A stretch of DNA of 63,826 bases, filler included, from Lenisia limosa (taxonomy: Eukaryota; Protista; Breviatea), in NCBI GenBank assembly GCA_001655205.1. It is 7 parts of 7 records of this genome, joined end to end, with 100 filler letters (N's around TTAATTAATTAA, not from the genome) between each part and the next. Parts side by side here need not be neighbours in the genome. Positions count along the whole stretch, not along the records: positions 1 to 21,198 come from LPNZ01007845.1; 6 more parts are not named here. The stretch is one strand, 5' to 3'. The position numbers and the translations under genes were made by a program. Below, in pieces: positions 1-11,998 of this stretch. Numbering within the stretch: the first letter of the stretch is position 1; every line of letters begins with the position of its first letter. The notes below the pieces were generated by a model that searched no databases, was not told where the DNA came from, and saw only the letters and a list, made by a program, of their open reading frames with translations.

Positions 1-300
1 GATTGTCTAAAAACCGGAATTGGCAAAAAAACCGGAATTTTGAACGGACGCATATAGTATTACATATAAAGTAAGTTGTAAAAAAATCGAGCAGAGAAAC
101 TAGTTACTCCTGCCACACACCTCAATGGGGTCAGAGGTGTATTCAATTGCAGCAGTCTTCAGCATGATATGGTATTGACCTGTACAATGAGGCAAATGCC
201 GTGAGAAAGTATTAGATAGCGTAGTCATAAATGGCGCAAATACTTAAAAACACACCTGTCATTCCCCCGATGAATGAGTTGTAATTAGCCTTCTTTGACA

Positions 301-3300
301 TCATAGAAAAGTCCTGGAGCACCAAGTTGTCGCCAACTGAGCAGTTAAATCAAGGTATTCCGACTGGACATTCATACGGTAAATTGGCTCTCGACACGGC
401 TCTTTGCACACGGATTGGATTACCTGGCTGAACTTCATAATTGAGTAAAGGTCCACTACTGAGTCAAATATAGTCACCAAGATGCCTCTTTTAACAAGCT
501 TACAACCAAAAGTCAGGAATAATTCAAGCTTTCCACAAACAGTTTCTTCTGATTTCTGGGTCAATATGAAAGCCTTGACTGAGGGCAGTGTTTATGACAC
601 ACTGATTACAATCCTAGAGAGTTCAGAAAGTGCCAATCCGGTCATATTTGGTGTTGTTGTGTTGCCATTCAAAGGGCGGCTTTTACCTACGGAGGATCTC
701 ATAATGGCAGGCTTAGTCGAGATGTCGATTTGAGATGCAGGAACATACTCACCAGTCTAAATAGGTAACTTTCAACCGAGCTCAAAATGACATCTGCCCC
801 AAATTCCGTACATACGCTGAGAATCAGGTTCGTGAAGAGCAAAATGTCACTCTCCCCAACAATGTAAGGCCTCACTGTCGTGTCTGCGAAGAGTCAGATA
901 CTGATAAGGAGACGGCACACTGACTCACCTATATGAGCAATGGAGAAATTGAGGAACTTCTCTGGTTCGACCTACAGATAGCAATAAATGAAATAATAAT
1001 TCAAGTCAATAGAAGTCCAGTTGATACCTGTACGGTCACAGTGAACGGGGAGACAATGTGTCCGACAAAGAGGGAAGAACTACAATATGAAACAAAAAAA
1101 GGGAGAAACAGCACAGTGCCCATGCAAGTGCCTCACCCCCAGACATTAGAGACAAAGAGTAGTCACCCGCTTTGGTGTCGACAACAAAGGAGGTTTCTTC
1201 AAAGCTTAGGATGTAGCCGTAGGGCTTGTTGTCATGAGGCTTGATGGTGCATGTACCCGAATTGAGGGAATCTAGAGAGTCACTAACAAAATGCTCTCAT
1301 TATTCTGGAGTGCTTTCACATACTTGCGTTTTGGTTGCCCCAAACAGTCATTCGAAAGATGGAGTTCAGCAAAATATCCCCTGGTGGTAAGATGAAGAAG
1401 GGCACCGATTTTGGATCAAATGCTGCAGCCATACCAGTGTCTCCGGGCCAATACAGCTCAAAAACAGGCTGGATTGGGAATGCTACTCCAGGGGCCACGG
1501 GTCTAAAAAGTCAAACGAAGCAAAAAGAAGCATCTAGCCATCTAGAATACTAGAAACGGCCTCACGTGATTGGTCTGCTAACAAGCCTAACAACACCATC
1601 ACCGGTGAGGGTGTAGCGGTGGTTAGTGTACAGGCAGCTGTCCTTGTCGATACTATATTGGATACACACGGCAAGAGTGTACTAAAATGTCAAAAGTGCA
1701 CCCTGGACAACAAACATACCTCCTCAAGGAAATAGCCATTCTTCTGTAAACCTCTCATCTCAACAGAGTAATACTGCTCGTTTGTGAATTCTAAATCGGG
1801 TAAGTTAATCTGCCTTCCTGTATCAACCTCACCAGAGGTGACGGTGTTGTATGTTGCCAGGTGAACGATTTCGTGAGGTTTCACCGGAATTCCCATCACA
1901 GTCAGCTTGAGATTAGGGACAAACAGTCCCGATGATGTGACGTTGACACGATAAGGGCCGTTTATAGCGTTGGCTGAGGGGTTGAACAAGTTCTAAACCA
2001 TCAGCGTTCAGCCAGAGAGTTCAATACCACCATCAAACTGAACCCTCCCACAAAGTCAATTTCTTCGCAAAGCTGAACTTTGTAGTTTGATTTAAAGCGG
2101 TTCTCCAGAAGCACTGAATGTCTGAAAGTGTCAGTACTCTGTATGCACAATGCCAAGACCCAATAGAAAGGCCCACAGACAGCACGTCAAACCCCAGAAT
2201 GAACGAGGTTTTCCAGTCGTAGTTCTGGTTTTCACCGCCATTAATCGTAAAAGACACCTGTAGTGTGAACGGACCGCTCAAACACGTGACCCCAACCGTT
2301 GAATTCGTCCAAGAGCTGGTTTGCGGTGTCATTGAAACCTCCACCTCCCTGACCACATTAGAGGTTCACTCAAAAAGTGATGTCACATACTGGTCAACAG
2401 GCTCAAGAGCGCCGCTTTCCGATATCCCAAGCTCAAAGTATGTAATGTGGCTGATTTGATGTGCTTCTGGCCTCATATCTGAATAGTCACATCTACAACT
2501 TATGTTGGTTCAATCAATTAAGATCTTTCTGGGTATTCAATCACATAATCTTGGGGGGGGGGGGGNNNNNNNNNNNNNNNNNNNNNNNNNNNNNNNNNNN
2601 NNNNNNNNNNNNNNNNNNNNNNNNNNNNNNNNNNNNNNNNNNNNNNNNNNNNNNNNNNNNNNNNNNNNNNNNNNNNNNNNNNNTGACGGTGTGTGAACTT
2701 CATCGGGATTGTCACTGGAGGTGGTCAGGTCCAATGGTGCAGAAGGGAAAAAAAAACTGAAATCCCCTCAGATGCGAATAAAACTTCACTTCGTTTCAAA
2801 AAAGACTGAATTTCTCGATAAATCTTCGAAAACTATCGATATTTTTCCGATCTTTATCGAAATGAAGGGAAGCCCTTGATGCGAAGTAGAAAAATCCTCG
2901 TTTTGGATATGAAGCCACACCCATTCCAAAACCTCACATTGGCTGAAGTAGTCCTCGTACGTCATCCATGAGTCTCCAGGACGCGGTGTTGGGTCTCCTT
3001 CTGCAACACCTCTATTCTGATAAGAACAGACGGATTTGAAAAGTCGCAAACACAATGAAAATTGACGGGTCCAAGAAAGATTGCTCCGATGATGACCAAA
3101 AGTGCTCTGTAATGGTAAGCGAACAGTTCTCACATCATGATACTAACCTGAGTTTACAGAAAAGTTGAAACTGGCTTCAGTCTATACAAGTAAGTGTTCA
3201 ATCTTCTTCATAGGCAAAGCACAAACTATCCTCCCATCCTCCCATACCCCTTCAGTACTCAGGCAATCGATTATCTTGAACGTGGCAATAATGAACATAT

Positions 3301-6300
3301 TCTACAATGTCAGAACTTGGTCAAAGACCCAACGTCGGAGTTTTGAGACGTCCAGCCGGTTCCGTAGCAAACGGTCCCATTGTTTGACCCTTGCTTCTGG
3401 GTGACAAGCTGTAGTATGGTGAAATAAACGATATCAAAGAAAGTCTCCCTGTAATTACTTCAGAGAACATATTCTTTTTGTATTAAGCTAGCAATTCAAA
3501 TATCACGATGCACACTGATGAAGAAAATGCGAGGGGTATTGAAGACGGGAGGCTTTCAGGCTGGCTGTGGATAACCGTGGTCATAATCGGATCCTGTCTG
3601 ATACGGTGTAAACAGCAATCTTGTTCATGGAACAGAAGAGTTAGAAAAGAGAGCGCCTACACGTCAACATGAGGCTTAAACTTTTGGAGTTTTGTTGCAG
3701 CTACCTCCTTTCCGTCAATTTCAGCCTACAGGAGTGGAATTATTACGAAAGAAAGAAAAAGCTGCAAACGCACCACATATCTCAGAAGTTGCTCTCCTTC
3801 CTTCGTTGCTACCGCGTGGCAAAGATAAACTAACACCTCAGTTTGGTAGAAATAGTTCTGTGACGTCACATGGGATTGTAGACTTTTGGAGTATAGAACA
3901 CTCAACACACCCGATAAACACAAGGCTTCTTCATTTTGATACCGTCCAACTCCGGGTACACAGAAACCTCATAGGCTGCAGCTGAAAGCGCTGGAGAATC
4001 AGTAGAAGCCATCAGCGGGACTTACGTTTGTCATTCTCATCAAAAATGGACACTCGGACAATCTGGATATCCTCCTGCCATTGTGAAACAAGATATGACA
4101 ACCAATCCCAACAGTGCAGTAAGAGTCATGTACGACGTAGCAGTCACAGTCTCCGAAGACGACTTTGGTTGATGCCGGCAGAATCTGTTGATATCAACGG
4201 GGCGTTACCCAGACAGTCCGACAGTCCGATAACATGTTATGAAGACAAGCAGAAAGTTATAAATATGACAATAATAGAAAACCAAAAATCGCTATCTGAA
4301 GGATTGACATTTCCAACATTTACAATCTTTATAACTCTTCAGTGACACAAACCTTGAACTCTTGTGGGGCTGAGGATACGCCATCACAAATGGCGACAAT
4401 GCCACACTTATGAGAGTTACTGCAAAGGTGAGAGGAATTTTCTGTAAAACAATCCATGGTGTTCTGCTCTGAGAAGACAAGAAATCGGTTTTCAAAATCC
4501 ATTCACCCTTGTGCGGAAAGAGCAAATGGTATTACAGCTTCTCCCATAGAATTGGTTGTGACATTGAAGAGGGTGTGGAGTCTCTGAATTGGTCACTATC
4601 AAGGACAAGTTTATCAGTAGCACCATTCAAGACGTTCAAAAAAACGGGATATTAACAGCAAGCAAACTTTAATATCAGGGCGCTTATTCAAGGAAGAAAG
4701 AACCTTTCCAAAGTGAAAATTATCTAAATAAGATAAGAAGTTTTGATTTCTTCCATCAGAATAGCAGATGAAAAGATGCAACTGCAATAAAAAAAACTAT
4801 GGTAAAAAACAATGCCCACCCAGAGAATTCAACTCTAGAAAGACAAGTTTTTCTGACGCTGGTGAGCCATTGGAATTGTTAACCTGAAAAACATGAGAGG
4901 GATGGGGGAGGTGCACAGAAATATTTATGAGATGTATACGTATAGTTATCATATACTAAAAGATGATTTCAACGGGTAACATCCAGAATCGCCCACCAAT
5001 ACAGTAACACTGTACTCAGTCCCGGCACGTATTTCGGAAGGGAAATAAGAAGTGATTGCAACCTAAAACATCATAACTAAACTCCAAGCTAGGCAATAGC
5101 GCTTCCAATCAGTCAGAATAAGTCTACGAGGAGTAAACAAACAACCCGCTACCGATTGGACATCAGAATGCAGTTGAGGCAAAGGCTCGCCCGAAGGAAC
5201 CAAAGGCTCCGTTAGTGAGTCGCAATGGACGTAAATATCCTGGGGGGTAACACACTGCATCTTATGATATGTCTCACAATGTTCTTGGACATAGATCCAA
5301 TAACGGACCAATCACCCAGAATCGCGACTCCAGACGCGTTTGTTACCGCACTGGTTCCTTGTACCTGGGCTAAGAGTGTCAATACAAAGAGGGAAACCGA
5401 AGGCTCATCTCTTATAAATCCTCGAGTTTCAGCCCCCCTCACGGTGCATTCTGAAATCCATGAGTTCGGTCTGTGGCCAGTCATCGGTAATAAATGGCAC
5501 CATATAAACAACAAGGCCCTCCTGGGGCGACCCGAAGGCGTCCGTTGCACGGACCTAGCCAGTAACAAGGCAAGACCGTGCCGTATCAGGCGAAACGAAG
5601 AAAACACATAGGTTCATCAAGTGTATCAGAACATGAGGTATACAAGTGGATATTGCATGGGAAAATGCACATGAGGGCTCTTACCGTTACTGGTGGTAGT
5701 GTCTCATGGGTGCGAACTACATAGCTATTCTCCCATTGTAGTTCCAAAGAGGCTACTCGGGGGACTAAGGCAGTCAAATGTCTTTACAATATGAACAATA
5801 TAACTCGGAAAAAGGCGAGTTCCAGTGTTACCTATTTTGAGAGAGAATTTTGCTTTTACAGTTGGTTCTGATGCAACACGAATGGTTATACTGGAAAGTG
5901 AGCTTTTTGTGGTTGCCTTCAGGCTACTTCGAACTAAATATGAAATATCATTTGGTGTGCTGCTACATGAACGCATCCCGCCCACTCATATTGTCCGGAA
6001 GACCCTGCCTCAATAGTCAGGTGTGGAAACTCCACAAACTAAAACATCAAAAAACCGCTAGTTCATAGCCAGTACTCCTAAGTTGAGGCATATAAAGACT
6101 ACAACAATAACATCGAAACACATCCCAATTACTCCGACGTCATCTGTCGAGGCTGTTCCTCCTGAGTACTGGGGTGAGCAAATAGCCCGAACCAGATTCT
6201 GCGGTCGGGACTCAAGGCCAAGCTCGGACACCTCATCCACAGCGTCTGAAGTGCCATTATTGGTGCGGTACTTGAACTGAAACGGAGGCCAAGATTAAAA

Positions 6301-6650
6301 CACTTCATGTCCAGCAATAAACCCTACATTTGACACAAGCGGAGGTTGACGACGGTAAAACATACTGAACGTCCGCAACAACGTCACAATCTGCAACAGG
6401 GTACCCCTCGTTGTTGGTCACAAATGCCTACAAAGAAATGAGCGCATTGTCAAGAGAAAACTTCAACAATCCAAATAACACCATGTAAACTCATAATCCA
6501 TCTGAGACAACAGGGAGCTATCATCCCACTGAAATTGGAAGTTCACCCATGGACAAGGGCAGGCCAAATGAGAAGCTCTCAAGGTTGGTTGGAGCAGCCA
6601 TGAGAGTAAGCTAATAGGATAAGCCATGGGTGTGAGCTTATAGATAAGTA
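301..6650 (-). CDS. Very large multi-exon protein with repeated Ig-like (Big-1/invasin-type) modules; likely secreted or surface protein; both ends approximate
   Basis: Hand-spliced GT-AG exons give recurring Big-1-like strand/turn motifs: FVTNNEGYPVADCDV (~6380-6425), TDDVGFVEFPHLTIEAGSSGQY (~5980-6150), VRATDAFGSPQEGLVVY (~5500-5555), VTNASGVAIL (~5315-5345), VNNSNGSPASEKLV (~4845-4883), VTTNSMGEAVIP (~4535-4570). Coding-like minus-strand exons continue to ~300. The 5' end probably runs into the gaps above 6770. The domain call rests on motif resemblance only. Confidence 0.55.
2784..2876. mobile_element. Degenerate copy of the hAT-type MITE family, probably inside an intron of the Ig-repeat gene
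   Basis: CTTCACTTCGTTTCAAAAAAGACTGAATTTCTCGATAAATCTTCGAAAACTATCGAT...GAAGCCCT matches the element at 58830-58928. Confidence 0.7.
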
Positions 6651-8309
6651 CTTGCATTCAATCGTATTGTGGTTTCTTCCTCTTCTTTCCATAAATTTTG
6701 TTGATTCAATCCCCCTATCCTTGGATTGGAGCCATAACTGATTCATAAACGGGGCAGTCCCCCCCCCCCCCCNNNNNNNNNNNNNNNNNNNNNNNNNNNN
6801 NNNNNNNNNNNNNNNNNNNNNNNNNNNNNNNNNNNNNNNNNNNNNNNNNNNNNNNNNNNNNNNNNNNNNNNNNNNNNNNNNNNNNNNNNNNNNNNNNNNN
6901 NNNNNNNNNNNNNNNNNNNNNNNNNNNNNNNNNNNNNNNNNNNNNNNNNNNNNNNNNNNNNNNNNNNNNNNNNNNNNNNNAATACACTATCAGATGAAAT
7001 TTAATAATTTTGTCAATTAACTTACAAATATAATTGCACATCTCCTAAAACTCAAACAAAAAAAAACTATCACAAAAAAAACAGAATGGTGTGTGCGGCA
7101 AAAAAAACACAAAACGAACGTCTCACCCACCAAGTGACACAAAAACGAAAGTAAGGACAAACACCAAAACAGTCAAGTATCGGTTGTGGACTTCCTCTGT
7201 CACAAAATCTGCAGAGGGCTGGGTGGTGATGAAAGATGTGAAAGAATGTACGAAAAAAAACACAATTTCATTACAAACGGTCAATAGGGGAGGTGCACAA
7301 ACCGCCTTGCCCAGAAGAATGAACCGGGAAAAGACACCATGAAATATATATTCATCTATCAAGAAGACCGCATGTCCCCAAGCCTACTGCGATACTGCGC
7401 TCCTTCTGTTCCGAAGACTGGTCGGACGGGAAGCTCCCAAGCGGTTCGGACATTTCAACATAATCGCCATCGTTGCCGGTCATATTATGAAGTTCAAGAC
7501 GGGGGGGGGGGGGGGGGGGTNNNNNNNNNNNNNNNNNNNNNNNNNNNNNNNNNNNNNNNNNNNNNNNNNNNNNNNNNNNNNNNNNNNNNNNNNNNNNNNN
7601 NNNNNNNNNNNNNNNNNNNNNNNNNNNNNNNNNNNNNNNNNNNNNNNNNNNNNNGGACCAGGGGACAAAAGGGGAGGGGGGTGGCAAACGGAGGAACGGA
7701 AGGGCCCGGTAACCGGGAGTGTTCCGTTTCTTCCCGTCCAGCTTCCGTCCAAACTTTTTTCACTTTTTTTTTTAAAGGGAAAAGATCAAAAAAAGAAGAG
7801 AGAACAAACAACAACAGTCAGTGGAGCAACGCGAGAGGTAAGAGGTTTGAGGTTTGAGAGTTACCTTAGGTTAAACAAGTTTTTACCACCCGGAGTATAT
7901 TATGTACTATAGTATTCCTCCTAGGCGTATCCCTATTTCCCTCACCACCTCACCCTGCCCCCTACCTACAGACAGAAAGCCTGCAGAATATCAAGGGTGA
8001 AAGGTCGACGTTTTCATCAACTCGGTGGTAATTGTTGGTAAGGGGAAATCTGAGTCGACATGTGTTCGTACCAGGAGGAATATATATGATATACGTACTT
8101 TAGTATATACTCCTCCTAGGTTCGTATGTCGCAGCAAGTTATATTCATGGGTTTTTCAAAAATTAATATAAGGTTAGATTTGGTTAGTTAGTGAAGGATT
8201 TGTTATTAATAAGTGCGTATTCTGCTGTATTTTCCATCTGTTCATAATAACTGTAACTGTAACTCTCCTCAAACTTCCATCTCACCAAATTGATTGCAAC
8301 TATTAACAG

Positions 8310-9745
8310 CTTAGACACAGAATACCAGAACCTTTTAATTGACTGTCATTCAATCATGGTAGGGGAGAGGCAACGTGTAGCTGCCATGATTTTTTTGACA
8401 CTCTGGTCATTTCCTATCATTCTGCTGAACAAACAGGCAAATTTGCTCAAGGCAACCCAAAATGGAAACCTTGCCAGCATTTATAACTTCTTTGATAATG
8501 GCGAGGATATAAATTATTTACACCCGCCGCATCAGGTACGAAGCTTGTATCCAATACCTTACGACTTATCCTTAAGGTCAATCTTTCTCATTTTGCTCTG
8601 ACAAAAGGTCAAGTTAATTCATTCAAAGCCCTTCTTCTCCTTGGTGCTGATATTGACAGAGTAATAGTAACGGTAAGAGGGATCTTCGAATAGAGGGACT
8701 AGAGTTTGTAATTGTGTAGAACCAGCTCAACTCCCTCATATATCATGCAATCAAAACGGGCTACTTGAAGTCATTCTCCGTCTTGGAGCACCCGCGACTC
8801 ACTGAACTGGCAGTAGGTTGTGCGACTGATTTGTAGCAAATGGTTCAGAACTCACTGTGTTAGAATACGCGCTGAATTTTAATGTGAGACAAACAGATCA
8901 GTCAGTTCAAGAAGCAAGGGTATGCAGGAATGATTATTTCAAGATCTACCCTACCTGACAATTTAGGATGAGTACCGAGTATTTATTTACATCCATACGA
9001 AGATAAACACTTCGACGAACACGGCAAAGTTCTTTGTCAGGTTGGTTCGACTTAAGGGTACAAAAGTAATTCTCTGGATAATACTGTAGAATTTTCCTGT
9101 AACAGCCTTCCAATATGCCATATGCCTGAAGAGGTTTGATGTATGTGCTCAAATGGTCAAACGTGGTGCAATGGTTGATGCCAAGTTCTCAGTTCCTTAT
9201 ATCGAATTTGAAAATGTGTGTCTGACTGAACCCCTTTTCTTATTATTTAGCGGTATAAACCTCTTTGTGATGAGTTTCATCAAATGATATGATATCTCCT
9301 CTTGAGGATTTCTTGGAAATGGCATTAAAGATTGAGAAGAGTAAGGTGGATGATGTACATCCGGTACAATAAAAAAATGATCTACCCACCCGTTATGGTG
9401 GGAGGTAATATTTAATTTAGTGTTATTAAAGTTTCATCATACCTTGTCTTTATAATATCACTCTACCTGATTATTTCACAATGGACTAGAGGCTAATGAA
9501 TAGGTCTTGTTACCCTCTCCAATTTGCACATGAAAATCGACACCATCAAAGAGTTTCCTCTGCTCGGTTTGTGGGTATTCCTTGGGATCATTCATTCAAA
9601 AGCGACTGAACGTTGATATAACCACCTAGACAATGAACAAGTACCACAGCTGAAAGGCGAGTCAGATATTAAAGCTGTTCAAACCATTGCTGATAACCTT
9701 GATCACATAAAACATTTCCAAGAGTCAAAAGAAGAAATAATATAA
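8310..9745 (+). CDS. Ankyrin-repeat-like coding exons; possibly the 5' part of the RZ-finger gene
   Basis: Spliced exons read ANLLKATQNGNLASIYNFFDNGEDINY, SHFALTKGQVNSFKALLLLGADID, LIYHAIKTGYLKSFSVL and TAFQYAICLKRFDVCAQMVKRGAMVDA. An in-frame TAA lies at 9743-9745, but a donor just before it could continue the frame into exons at 9770-10500. Confidence 0.6.
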
Positions 9746-10712
9746 ATATTACACAACTGTTGAAGCTGTCTTTCCGTATTCTTGCCTTACACACCACAGA
9801 AGGGCAAGACTGAACTTTATCATATTGTTTCCAATGAGAATGGCGAAAATGACTGGATCAAAGTATGAGTTGTTTTTTGTTGGGTTCGGAAAGTTTATCA
9901 TCCATTCCAGAAAAGCAAAACAATTTATTGATCTGACCGTGTTGTAGACCCTCATTGAGTGGAGCCAGGACCCGGTACAGCGTCGTTCTGCAGACCTGCC
10001 ATCTTTCGGCAACAATCAGGTGCGGCTCTCAAACCTATTCAAGAACTTATTACCATACAGCACCGAGTTCTCTTCTCCGAAGCCGTTGACTGTGCCTTCA
10101 ACCAGGCGCTCACTGATGACGCTGTTGTAACTAAAAACAATGGCGTCACCCTTCTGCCTGCTAAACTTCCTGTTGGCTGGGCTGTTGATATGATAGTGCT
10201 TGTATTATACAGACTATAATATAATAAAATATTTGTAAAAAGTATACATTTATACATGTATACTATATGTATGAGGACCCATCTTTCACACAGGCTGTAT
10301 TTTCACCATCCTAGCATCCATTCTGGTCAGCTATGGGCCTGGCGATGGGGAAATGCTTCAAATCAGGTGTCGGTATCAAGATCCCTATGGCCCAGGTGAG
10401 CTTCTCCTTCACTTGCTAATACCAATAGATTGGGTGGGCATATTCTTCGAACCCGCAAAAGACAATGAACCAATCAATGAAGGATCTTTCTGAGCTTATT
10501 ATAGGTAACTGGTACTGAATTATTGCATGAATTATCAGATTATGATGCGATTTATTGCTATTTTTATTTTCCTAACCAAATCAGAGTACGACCAGCCATA
10601 TGCAACTTGAGTGAGGGGAGGGGAGGGGGGATCAACTCGAGTGAGGGGAGGGGGGATTATCCAAGGTTATTCTGGTGATTTTGGCCGAATAATGCCACTA
10701 ATGCCACCGTAG

Positions 10713-11784
10713 ATCCAAAATGTTCTCCAATATGAAGGGGAAGAACTTGAAAGCCTTCTTCTTGAGGAGCAAAATCTTCAGGGAAAATACGTCACTGTCA
10801 ACAGTATGCCTGGAATGTCCCCTCATATGTAGGCAGCAACATCCACACCCTCCTCCGTAGACGTCTGAACATGATCCTTTAGGACTGTTCTGCCAATCTC
10901 AACGCCTTCACAATGGAATTCGAGTGGGAGGGGATTCTACCCATTCTTTTGTCAATGCCCTCACTTGATCGTCTAGGCGCTCAGTTGGACCCACACTCTC
11001 CTCAATGGTCACTTTAGTAGGAAAGAACGTTTGAGGATAGGAAAGTGTATTTAATGTTTTTGCGGCTATTCTGCTTATCGCCGAATGATAATTATCCAGT
11101 CTTCTTCACGGCTTTGCAATGACCGAAATGGCAAAAGTAATGGTTGGCGTTCCCAGGCATAATGTAGAGAGACAGCTAACATATATCATATAACAGTATA
11201 CTACTATTATTTCCCTTAAGAGAATAACAATTTAGAACAAGGCTGCAGAGGCTGAGACCAGAAAAAAGGCCTTGGAAGAAGCAAAAAACAGGCAGGTTTG
11301 TCCTATCCCACGTTAAATGTCTGTTTCTGACTCTTCAGGTGGCTGTTGACCTCATGGTCAAGAAGGTTTGTGAGTACACTATTGGGATTAACAAACAACG
11401 TAGATCGGCCCAGGCAGAGGATTCCGCTGTGCATGTGGAAACCCCTATTTTGTTGATGCCTGTGGAGGTGAGATAAGAAGATATAAAAACAAGTCACATT
11501 ATATTGTTTTTTCTAACAGATTGCAGGCTATCAAATGTAACAACTGTCACAGAGTAAGCTGGTACATGACAAGGGGTTACTTATTCAGGCAATTCGTATT
11601 TATCGTTGATACATTTGTTTAGTGTTTTGTTTGCGACACTTTACCACTTTGGTATCTTCTCTTGTGGTGATATTTGAAATTGATCCCCCAGATGCTTGGA
11701 GGAGGCAACCATCGTCTCAATAATGACCAGCATTATGACCCTGAACTTGGCCAAATGGACCACTCCGCCTACCCTGTTTCCTAG
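10713..11784 (+). CDS. 3' exons of a protein ending in an RZ-type (RNF213/ZNFX1) zinc finger
   Basis: Exons 11404-11471, 11520-11553 and 11692-11784 give RCACGNPYFVDACGGELQAIKCNNCHRMLGGGNHRLNNDQ, stop TAG at 11782-11784. Upstream are helical exons (IQNVLQYEGEELESLLLEEQ; NKAAEAETRKKALEEAKNRQ). The 5' end is unresolved. Confidence 0.75.
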
Positions 11785-11998
11785 ATGAAAGGAAATCCTT
11801 TGTTGAATAATGGATTATTTGTGATCGTCAGGGTGTTGAACTCACATTGTTTTTTATATTGCAATGGTCATTAATCTCAGAGGACTTCTTCCAAAAAAAC
11901 TTATTCAGAGATGTATTTAAATAGGAAATACGGCTTGGGCTCAGAGGCCGCCAACACAACAATTGGAAATGCACAAACAGAAGACATGACAAAAATGA

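Noticed and set aside
5960-6330. Ultra-short (17-27 nt) introns in the Ig-repeat gene
   Set aside because: A single ~110-nt intron gives the better motif TDDVGFVEFPHLTI, so the 17-23 nt candidates are not needed. One 27-nt candidate near 6275-6300 remains unproven.
6260-6330. Stop-codon reassignment (in-frame TAA inside an apparent exon)
   Set aside because: RPL9 ends in TAG, the Rho gene in TGA, and p23, AOAH and TMEM208 in TAA. An intron explains the stop.
7880-8125. Hairpin-forming CCAGGAGGA...TCCTCCTAGG segments as a structured RNA
   Set aside because: The arms are AT-rich and imperfect, with no tRNA, snoRNA or other recognisable boxes. More likely decayed repeat pieces.
8720-8815. Frameshifted ankyrin pseudogene (TPLH-like motif in two frames)
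   Set aside because: A continuous frame NQLNSLIYHAIKTGYLKSFSVL is open and ankyrin-like.
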